From contig CAWEYU010000004.1 in the NCBI GenBank assembly GCA_963813405.1, forward strand, positions 392,769 to 456,768: 64,000 nucleotides of DNA, given 5' to 3'. Shown here piece after piece: positions 11,201-20,600 of this stretch (position 1 is the stretch's first letter; each line of letters opens with the position of its first letter). This stretch comes from an uncultured Bacteroidales bacterium. Its GTDB lineage: Bacteria; Bacteroidota; Bacteroidia; Bacteroidales; VadinHA17. The notes beneath the pieces were generated by a model, which was not told where the DNA came from, did no database searches, and worked only from the letters and a program-made list of their open reading frames with translations. The position numbers were made by a program, and so were the translations under genes.

Positions 11201-13770
11201 TCTTCATGATTTATCAACTTATCAGTTATGTAATGGTTGTTTGGTAAACCGGGAGAGAATGCGGTAAATCCTGTCACAATACCAGAAGTAGTAACAGTGG
11301 AATTGAACGTGATTAATCCGGTGGTAAATGTACTCGGACTCTGCAACAGGATACTGGTAGTTGTGCTGTCACATTGAGCAATATTTGAAGGTACGGGAAA
11401 GATCCTTGGGGTTGGGTTAACATTAATAGTGGCGGTTATACTGCTTCCAATACAAAATGTTGTAAGCGGTCCTGTGGGTGTGATTGTAAATGTTACGGTT
11501 ATCGGGCTATCTGTTGTATTCGAGAAGATTCCTGTAATCTGGTCACCAATTGCAGGACCTGACAATGGTAATGATGTGGTAATTCCTGCCGGATTTGTAC
11601 GCGTCCATGTGAATGTTGTACCAGTAACATCATTGAGTGTTGTGAGGACAATAGTCTGGAAAGCAACACCGGGGCATTCATCCTGCACTGAAGGAGTTGC
11701 AACAGCAACCGGGATTTTATTCACTGTAAGAAGGACATTATCGGTTATGTTGGGATTTCCCGCTCCGTCCCTGATAACGCATCGGTAAATTAATCCATTC
11801 ATTGAGTATGGTGCACCTGTTATTGTCACTCTTCTGGTACCGGTGCCGCTGTATACACCACCATCACTTAAATCATTGAAAAAGATTCCATTATTGGAGG
11901 AAACCTGCCACCTGTATGTAAGTGGTCCGGAACCCCCTCTTGCTGTAACCTGAAAATAGGCAGTTGATCCTTCGCATATATCCATATTAACAGGTTGTGC
12001 TACAATACGTGGTCTTCCTTTTCCAATGAAGAGATCAGTGGTAATTGCAGAAATTCCTTTAGATAATGAATCTCTTCTGATCTCGGGTATGATTGATATA
12101 CTATCATGTACTCCGTCAAGTTCAAAGCTGCCTCCGTTTGTTCGCTTAATTACCCTTGAAGACTTGTCAGATCCTGAAAATCCTGTGGTATCCAGTTTAA
12201 CACTGTAATTATTCGAAGCCATCGATGCAAAAGAGGTCAATGTCCAATATCCGGTGGGAACTCTGTCATATATTTCATCTCCATTATCATCAAGAGGCGG
12301 ACCTGTCCATCCTATATCCTGCTGATTAAATTCTGCAGTCAACGGACCTGAATTCAGACTCTGAAATTTTATCTTAAGCGGATTAAACTTTGCTGCAGAT
12401 CCTATTGGATAATAGTAATCCCCTGCCGTTGAAGCCACAGCTCTCTGAAGCTTACCAATCACTTTTCCGCTCGTTCTGATAATTGCATTTAAAGCACTGT
12501 TTGAAACTTTCAAAGTATTCCCGTTCGCGTTAATATCTCCGGAAGCCATTGTAAGAGTATCCTTGGCAGTAATATCAGCACTAAGGTTTTTTACTCCACT
12601 TCCTGTAATTTTCAGATTATTGTAATCATTGCTTGTGAATACTGCCTGATTCCCATTAAGAATATAGTTTACAGTACTCCTGGTTCCGGATGCATATGCT
12701 CCTATACTGTTTATTGTACCATTCAGGTAAAGAAGGTGTGAAAGGTTGCCAACACTCATGTCAATCGATCCTGTTCCCGTGAGACTATCGTTCAATGAAA
12801 CTACTTTATTCCATAATCCTCCAAAACTCAATGATCCGTTAACCGTTGTTGAACCCAGTACATTCAGAGTTGCTGTGGCAGTCCCCAGGTCAAAAGTTCC
12901 CCCGCTTACAAGAAGCCTGAGGTTAACAACAGAATTTCCCTGAAGGGTTTTTATTCCGGAGTTCGAAATAATCAGGTTCCTGTAGTTTGCTGCCGGGAAT
13001 ACGGTTTGTGTGGTACCATTATAATTTACTGTGCTGGAACCTGCGGGACTTGTTGTAAAAGTTCCGATATTATTGGCAGATCCGGCCAGGTTAAGTACAT
13101 GAGGACGGTTTCCCCCGCTCATATCAATTATTCCTGAGCCACTTAGAATATCGCCAATATTTGCAGTCTGAGTTCTGCTATTATCGTATATAATTGCTGA
13201 GCTTATCGCGGATATTGTCGCTCTTCCTCCCACTCTCAGTTTTGATGTAGTCGGACCAAGCCTCAGAGTGCCTGCTGTGATTGTAAGATCGTTATTTACT
13301 GTCAAGGAATCTCCGGGAAGAGCAACCTGTGTTACTATTCTGCCCGGGTTGTTTATTATAAGCTTATAAAACTTTTCACCGAATGACCAATGTGTAATGG
13401 TCTGATCACCAATTCCATTAAATGTAACTGTTGAAGTGCCCGGATTGAAAGAACCCAGGTCTGTCCAGTTACCCCTTATGTTATAAAAACCGTTCCCGTT
13501 TGTTGAACCGATATTCCCGTTCAAAAAATTACCGGTAAGATTTATGGTTCCATTATTGCCAAGCAGACCGGCTGTGTTTTCAACATCTTTACTATTAACA
13601 ACAACAATAGAGGAGACCGATATGGCTGCACCTGTATTATTGATGACCTGGGTAAAGAGAATCTGAGAACTGAACAACAGCAATGCAAAACAGAGAATAG
13701 TAACTCTTTTAATCAAAGAGCTGTTCTTTGTTATTCTGGTTTGCGATATTTTGCTGAGTCTGTTGGTCAT
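8215..13770 (-). CDS. Large SprB-repeat surface protein with T9SS type B (CHU_C) C-terminal sorting domain
   Basis: Signal peptide; SprB-type repeats (C.G..DG.I..TVTGG..PY.Y.WSNG...L..G.Y.V...D.N.C); C-terminus IPNAITPNGDNINDLW...IFNIWG...WDG...YTYII. Confidence 0.9.
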   Translation of the reverse strand: MTNRLSKISQTRITKNSSLIKRVTILCFALLLFSSQILFTQVINNTGAAISVSSIVVVNSKDVENTAGLLGNNGTINLTGNFLNGNIGSTNGNGFYNIRGNWTDLGSFNPGTSTVTFNGIGDQTITHWSFGEKFYKLIINNPGRIVTQVALPGDSLTVNNDLTITAGTLRLGPTTSKLRVGGRATISAISSAIIYDNSRTQTANIGDILSGSGIIDMSGGNRPHVLNLAGSANNIGTFTTSPAGSSTVNYNGTTQTVFPAANYRNLIISNSGIKTLQGNSVVNLRLLVSGGTFDLGTATATLNVLGSTTVNGSLSFGGLWNKVVSLNDSLTGTGSIDMSVGNLSHLLYLNGTINSIGAYASGTRSTVNYILNGNQAVFTSNDYNNLKITGSGVKNLSADITAKDTLTMASGDINANGNTLKVSNSALNAIIRTSGKVIGKLQRAVASTAGDYYYPIGSAAKFNPLKIKFQSLNSGPLTAEFNQQDIGWTGPPLDDNGDEIYDRVPTGYWTLTSFASMASNNYSVKLDTTGFSGSDKSSRVIKRTNGGSFELDGVHDSISIIPEIRRDSLSKGISAITTDLFIGKGRPRIVAQPVNMDICEGSTAYFQVTARGGSGPLTYRWQVSSNNGIFFNDLSDGGVYSGTGTRRVTITGAPYSMNGLIYRCVIRDGAGNPNITDNVLLTVNKIPVAVATPSVQDECPGVAFQTIVLTTLNDVTGTTFTWTRTNPAGITTSLPLSGPAIGDQITGIFSNTTDSPITVTFTITPTGPLTTFCIGSSITATINVNPTPRIFPVPSNIAQCDSTTTSILLQSPSTFTTGLITFNSTVTTSGIVTGFTAFSPGLPNNHYITDKLINHEDTCRIVRYMIVPVSPVAGCADGPSKSFTVTVNPTPRVIPLNLNNLKPDSSICFGGSTRILLTKPLNSGMSAGYGTIVFDYRINATGGPGVVTGNMTRDSNRIPGYQIIRSYRNISDTLQSVFFAITPKIDNGACKPGPVVVSKIKVHPEPARYIQIVKPLTCAGGSDATLRIITSKGTNPQQVRWLGPNQYKDSLSFTIYNLKQGAYRATITDNLGCSNYKQIDVSGARIEPYLLAFPKSTGYGITCSGYNDGVLWVQASGGTPVYEYWITRNSLDTNTAIIHDTLSAAFTGYKIYQNLYKGDYTLTIRDANGCFGALTQPIDEPQPITVTFDSTRVSCKTYSDARVWIKTITGGNGGYTYQWTNSSGTVIGTTDAISGLGAGTYYLRTTDSQACTALDTVNISEPPGMSLSSVLLKTSPDGQFNINCNGGSDGMITLNITGGSGSNTYLWTKPGGLLDSTSVNYISGLTAGHYTASVRDKNGCNLAALDTTLTQPTALSLIDSLSLAPDGSNNLRCFGDKDGSIKLTVTGGSVGNYKYSWSTSNGSGIVQGQKNQFTLSAGKYTAMVVDSNLCNISKEITLSQPLRLSDTLVAKHITCSPAGFSNGSIDMTVTGGVSPYLYNWSNGATSEDISGLTEGFYKVTIRDMNLCTRTDSVRINLPPNLVYTSSLSDYLGYNIRCFGASDGYINITPVSGKAPYNFNWTGPFGTSTNQNISGLKAGLYNLLITDSNQCTVSGNFNLTEPGKIGMTLTPSSSLNGGFNINCAGAATGTINITPVNNVGTIRNIWSDGDTSRMRTNLRAGTYSVNITDRNNCSANSSVVLTQPDSIKTSFTIKQAYCPDSPDGIIQLKVTGGVIVSDYSFKWSDNSTSQDLINILRGKYRVTVTDANHCIVNDSVTMAPQYETCLSIPNAITPNGDNINDLWNIDKIDLYPKAEVKIFNIWGELLWRSDIGYSHPWDGRSKGALLPIDSYTYIIDLHNGSKPILGTITIMR

Positions 13771-13773
13771 TAA

Positions 13774-14474
13774 TTACTTTTTACTTTTCACCTGCATAAG
13801 TGTAATATCAAACACTAATGCAGAATTGGGCGGTATAATGTTCGACAATCCTGCCGGGCCATAAGCAAGTGCAGAAGGAATAAAGATCCTCCATACAGAA
13901 CCCTCCTGCATCAGCTGAATTGCTTCGTTCAATCCCGGAATTAAAGATCCGGTCATAGTTGTTATGCTTTTCTTTTTCTGGAAGGTATCTTCAAAGACAG
14001 TTCCGTCGGGGAATATCCCTACGGCATTAATTTCCACACTGTCAGTTGCAGTCGGACGGATACCGGTTCCGGCCTTAACGACAATATAATGAACTCCATC
14101 AGGCAGTGCTCCTACGCCGGGTTTCCCTTTTAATGCTGCAAATAGCTGCTCTTCCATCTGCCTGTTACGTTCATTGAGTGTTGAAAGCTGGTATGCAGCA
14201 ACCCGTTTTACAATGTTAGTATCGTTTACAGCAATTGTTTTATTCTGGAGAACATCATCCATTCCTCTTTTGAAGAGGGTCTGATTGGTGACTGAGAAGC
14301 CGTTTTTGCCCAGCCACTGTCCAATAAAAGCGCCGAGGGTGTACTGGAGAGTATCGGCTGTGCTGGTTAGTTTTACCGGGGCAATGGGGACAGGTGCAGG
14401 TTTGTGCAGGGCTGCTGCGCAGAAAGGCTGAGGGTTATCAGCAAGGCTGAGAATGCTAATAGAGTGGTTTTCAT
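13774..14474 (-). pseudogene. FKBP-type peptidyl-prolyl isomerase, frameshifted between signal peptide and mature domain (or a sequencing error)
   Basis: FKBP motifs (GVHYIVVKAGTG, PDGTVFED, IPGLNEAIQLM, IPSALAYG, IPPNSALVFDITL). The frame stays open upstream of 14262 (ADTLQYTLGAFIGQWL) without a start codon. The signal peptide MKTTLLAFSALLITLSLSAQQP from ATG 14474 is in a different frame. Confidence 0.7.
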
Positions 14475-14605
14475 GTGTGTCATATTACATCTGCCATAAT
14501 AATTATTCATTTTAGACATATTTCTTTCGTATTATTTTCGTGAAGACTTATTCTTTCCCATCATTTTTATCCTTACCGTAGATTTCAAATTTTACATAGC
14601 AATTC

Positions 14606-17600
14606 TTAAGGCACAATTGGATTCATAATTTTAAAGTTAGCTCCATCATAAATCAATAGACAAACCATTCCATTTAAAATGTCATTAGCTACTAAAACTG
14701 TGTTTGCTCTTTTTCGAATGTTTCTATTACCAAGTCCGTTAATGTTTATTGTGCAATTAGCTGTATTGGAGCTATTTGCATAAAATGAAATTATCATACC
14801 AGCCACATAAGAAGTTGGTGCGGGGCTTAAATTAATTGCATAAGCATTTAAGGCTCCTACATCTACTCCATAGTTAAATGCACCATTTATAACTGCTCCT
14901 CCTGTTGAACTTATTGCAGATATGGCTGTTCCTCCTGAATTTCTCCATTCCTGAAGATTGCCTGTTTGACCTGCTGCTGCAGTAACAGTAAGAACTGGAT
15001 TGCCCGTTCGAGTACCAATAACATTAAGAGAAGCTTCAGTACCATCCCCTGGAACAAATGCAAGTGCGGAACCTAATCCCCTACTACCAGCGATATCAAC
15101 ACCATGATAGGAAACTATTTGCATATGTTGGCCATATCCATCTTGCAAGGCATTCCATGGATCGCCAAATGTATAACGAGCAGCATTCCCTGCCCCCCAA
15201 CCATTTATTCCGATTGTACGAGGAGATGCGGTTGTGGTTCCAGTGGCATTTATTGTAACGTCACCAAATACAGTTAAAGCAGTTGAAGGTGTCGTTGTAC
15301 CGATACCTAATCTGTGATTCCCACTGTCCCAGAAAAGGTTTGCATTATCTTCAGCAAGTGCGTTCCCTGCTCCAATATACGGGATTGAACCGATAGTAAG
15401 AGTTGAGAAAACAGGCAGCGCTGAGAAAGTTTTAACTCCGGATACAGTCTGAGCAGCAGCTAATATCATATCTCCAGATCCCGCATTCTGCCATTGAGGA
15501 GCAGTAGCGCCAGCATTCATAGCCAAGATTTGTCCTGCTGTACCCGGAGCAAGTCTTGTTCCAGTACCTCCGACTCCACCATAGATAATGTCTCCCTGGT
15601 TTGTCATAGGGGAGAGAGCATTGAAAGCATTTGATTTTGTTGTTGCGCCAGTCCCGCCATTTGCTATAGCAATGGTACCTGTAACATTTGCCGCCGTTCC
15701 AGTTGTATTTTGATTAAGTGTTGGGAAATCTCCAGCTACAGCAATGGTTAAAGTACCTGTACCGGTAGTTGATTTCAAGATCCCTGTTACTAATGCGGAA
15801 GTACCTGCAGAATAATCAATACCGGCAGATGCAATGCTTAGAACACCAGTTGTTGTGGTATTCTTTACCAAGCCTGTACTCAAACCACCTAAAAACTGTG
15901 CACCACTCAGACCAGCATCAGCTGTTCCCTGTACAATAAATTTGTTCGTAAAATTCACGTTTGTTGATCCATCAACACTATTCCCTGCCAGATTTCTTGC
16001 TGTAGTCCATTGTGCCGCATTACCTGTTGTACTTTGATTAAGAATTGGAAAATTGGTTAATGCGGCTGCACTTCCAGATGGAGTGAGATAATCTGTCCCT
16101 GCGACAGCTGCTGAAATCGTTGATCCGTCTGATTTTACTATACCACTTATAGCTCTTACAATTGGATCGGTCTCTGCTGTAACAATACCTGCTCCGGAGA
16201 GGGTTTTATTAACCCATGCTGTCCCGTTCCATTGTAAAATATCATTATTGGCCTTACCGGCAATTGTCACATTTGAAAGTCCGTCAACGGTATGATTATG
16301 ACTAGCCAATGCTGCATCAGTTATACCATATCCGGCTAAAGTTGTTGGTGTACCTGTAGTAATTTTTGCCCAGGCCATATTTGGAATATCATTTGATACC
16401 AGGGCACGGAAAACAGGAGAACCAGCACTCCCATTTGGCGAAGCAAAAACCATATTTGCTGACTGGCTGGCCAGAGTTCCTGTCAATGTACCCGATCCTG
16501 TTACAGGTGAATTGGAAACGGTAATAAATGAAGGAAGAGCTAATCCCACTGACGTCACTGTCCCTGTTGTCGGGGTCGTCCATGTCGGTGCTCCTGCTCC
16601 TCCTGATGTTAATACCTGTCCTGCCGCCCCTGCTCCCAGCATCGCTGTCGTATTTGCTGCTGACTGATACGGGATTGTCCCCGGACCACCTAAGGCAAGA
16701 TTCGTTGCTATAGTCGCTGTTCCGGCATTTCCTGTTACTGAACCGGTTATCGGATTGGTTACTGTAAGATTCGTTAATGTTCCTACGCTTGTCAATGATG
16801 ATGTAACTACATTGGATGCAAGTGTTGTACCAGTTAGCGTGCCTGCTGGTGCAATAACTGCATTTGTGGTAACAGCGGTTACCAGACCTTTGGCATTTGT
16901 AGTAATTGTTGGTATGGCTGTTGAGGAACCAATAGCTCCAGTGTTGGAATTAACCGTCGCCAATGTCAAAGCTGCACTACCTGGTCCACTCGCTGTTGCA
17001 TCTCCTGTTAAAGCTGTTATATAATTTCCTGCTGCCTGCTTGGATGCCAGATCTGCAACAAGACCTGTTACCTGGCTTTCTGCAATGTTAGGTATATCTG
17101 CTGCCTGTATCGCTGACATCAAAACATTTGTTCCATCACCCCGCAGATACTGTCCCACTGTTACTCCCCCTGCCAGCGCATTTATAGCTGCTTGTTGTGT
17201 AGTCTGACCCGTCCCTCCATTGCCAATTGCTATTGTTGTTCCATTCCATGCACCAGATGTTATTGTACCTAAAGTGGTAATTGAGTTCTGTCCAATATAG
17301 GTCCCTGCTATATCTACAACAGGATCCGATGCCGTGCCTCCAACTGTGATCCTGTTTGCCGTCCCGGTAACACTCGTTACTGTCCCAGTTGTTGGTGTCG
17401 TCCATGTAGGAGCTCCTGCTCCACCTGACGTCAATACCTGTCCTGCTGCCCCGGCTCCCAGCATCGCTGTAGTATTAGCTGCTGACTGATATGGGATTGT
17501 CCCCGGACCACCTAAGGCAAGATTCGTAGCTATCGTCGCTGTTCCGGCATTTCCCGTTACTGAACCGCTTATCGGGTTGGTTACTGTAAGACTCGTTAAT

Positions 17601-20600
17601 GTTCCTACGCTTGTCAATGATGAGGTAACTACATTCGATGCTAATGTTGTACCAGTCAGTGTACCTGCTGGTGCTATAACTGCATTTGTGGTAACTGCTG
17701 TTACCAAACCTTTGGCATTTGTAGTAATTGTTGGTATGGCTGTTGATGATCCAATAGCTCCGGTGTTGGAATTAACCGTCGCCAATGTCAAAGCTGCACT
17801 ACCTGGTCCACTCGCTGTTGCATCTCCTGTTAATGCTGTTATATAATTTCCTGCTGCCTGCTTGGATGCCAGATCTGCAACAAGACCTGTTACCTGGCTT
17901 TCTGCTATGTTTGGTATATCTGCCGCCTGTATTGCTGACATCAAAACATTTGTTCCATCACCCCGCAGATACTGCCCCGCTGTTACTCCTCCTGCCAGTG
18001 CATTTATAGCTGTCTGTTGTGTGGTCTGACCTGTGCCTCCATTGGCAACTGCAATTGTTGTCCCATTCCATGTACCTGTTGTTATTGTCCCTAAAGTGTT
18101 AATGGTGTTCTGTCCAACATAGTTCCCTGCTATATCTACAACAGGATCCGATGCTGTGCCTCCGATGGTAATCCGGTTTGCCGTCCCGGTAACACTTGTC
18201 ACCGTCCCTGTTGTCGGTGTCGTCCATGTTGGGGGAAGAAGACCTCCTGCCGATGTCAGTACCTGACCGGCATTACCATTTGCCAGCATCGCTGTTGTGC
18301 TAAGTGCTGTCTGATACGGTATTGATCCTCCTGCTCCTCCAAAAAGATGTGTCGCTGTTGTAGAAGTGGTTGCATTTCCCGATAAAGCTGCTGTAATTGT
18401 CCCTGCAATAAAATTCCCGGATCCGTCCCTGGCAACAATAGCATCCGGTGTATTGGCACTTGTAGCTGTTGTCGCTGAATTCAATACTTTCCCTGCAGTA
18501 CTGATAGTCGCTAACTTCGTATCTGCTATTCCTGCGGCCGGATCTATATCACCATTTATTATCTGACTCCATGAAGGATTGCCTACTCCACCTCCATGCA
18601 ATACAGAGCTGGCAGCTCCCTGGTTTGCAAATAATGCAGACGCCAGAATAGGACTAAAATATGTCGGTGGTGCCGGAGCATTGGTAAAATTCCCGAATAA
18701 TGTATAGGCTCCGGCATTTGAAAGCGAGAATGATAAAGCCGGAGTTGTAGCCGGATTTGTAACAGAAGTTGTGAACAGAGGTGATAAATCACCTGAAGAA
18801 AAGTTTGTAACTGTACCACCGAGACCCAAGGCAGTAAGTGTTGTTCCGGATAAAGCGAGCCCGGGTCCTAAGGATATTTCAGTTATTGCATTACTTGCAT
18901 CTGAACTGCCCAGTAACCTGCTGAAGGCGGATGCGGCTTGTATTTTGACATATGTGACAGCATTGTTTGCAAGCTTTACAGTTGATATTGCGTCATTTGA
19001 AATCAGTAATGCCCCGGTGTTATTTATCGTTGCATCACCTCCAAGGGTAACAACCTGTGGAGCCGCATTGAGCTTTCCAACAATGACCTGTCCATCCACC
19101 ATGGCCGGGGCTTCTATAATGCTTCCGCCGCCCGATATCATTAACCGGTTATTTGCCAATGGACCATTCCAGTTTGTACCGCCATTGGCAATGGGTAGGA
19201 TACCGGTAAGATGCTGTCCTAAATCTACTTTTCCCCATGCCGGCGGAGCTCCCGCTCCTCCGCTTATCAGTACATTTCCGGTTGCTGCATCTGCCAGGCG
19301 CGCAAAACCCGTGGCTGTCCCATAAAGCAGATCACCGATTGCCGGACTCCCGAGTGTCAGGTCCGTATTAGTACCTCCATAGGCCAGTCCCAGAATCGAG
19401 CCATTCCATGTTCCATTGGTTATGGTTCCCAGCTTTGTGATGTTATATTGTACCGCATCCGGCAGTATCGAACCGATAGATGGCACTCCCGTTCCACTGG
19501 TTATTAATACTCCATTGTTCGATGTCGTTAAACCAGTAATATTATCTCCTGTTGAAGAATATAACAACTCATTTATTGTTGTCGTTGTCGGATAGATCGC
19601 TGTCGAATAACTCGGATCCGCTCCCGATCCCCTGCTCTGTAAGACCTGTCCCGATGTTCCTGTCCCGGTTACTGCTACAGCATTTGTCCCCTGACCAACT
19701 ATGACACCATGATTCCCCAGTGTTGATGCTCCTGTACCTCCATTGGAAACCTGCAATATTCCTGATGTCACCGGTAATGTGTTCAATGTCAGCCATCCAG
19801 GTGCTCCTGAAACGGTGGTCGTCAACAATGCTCCCGTCGTTACACCCGGGGCCAGCAACGACACCGGGTTGGTACCATTTCCATAAATAAGATTATTTGT
19901 TGTTATATTGGATATTCCTGTTCCTCCGTTACTTACCTGCAATATATTATTTATCTCATTTGTTGAGGATAAGTCTATCTTCTGCCATGCCGGTGCTCCC
20001 GTACCATTGCTCCTCAGATACATACCTGTTGTACCTGCCGCTAAATTCGATACTGTTGTTGCATTCGACGTGTACATGATCTCACCACCTCCAGCAAATG
20101 TAGAAGGCATTACATAATTTGACCATGATGGCGTGGTGGATGCTCCGCTTAACAGCATCTTATTCGCTGTCGGTGTCCCTGCCAGTACCTGCATCTGCGT
20201 CGCATTTGTCCATACTATCCCGCCATTAGATACCGCTAATGATAGATCCGCATTCGTACCGCCATTGGCCAGCGGCAGGATACCTGTAAGATGCTGCCCT
20301 AAATCTACTTTCCCCCATGAGGGCGCTACTCCTGCTCCTCCGCTTATCAGTACATTACCCATAGCTACATCTGCCAGGCGCGCAAAACCCGTGGCTGTCC
20401 CATAAAGCAAATCACCGATTGCCGGACTCCCGAGTGTCAGGTCCGTATTAGTACCTCCATAGGCCAGTCCCAGAATCGAGCCATTCCATGTTCCATTGGT
20501 TATGGTTCCCAGCTTTGTGATGTTATATTGTACCGCATCCGGCAGTATCGAACCGATAGATGGCACTCCCGTTCCACTGGTTATTAATACTCCATTGTTC

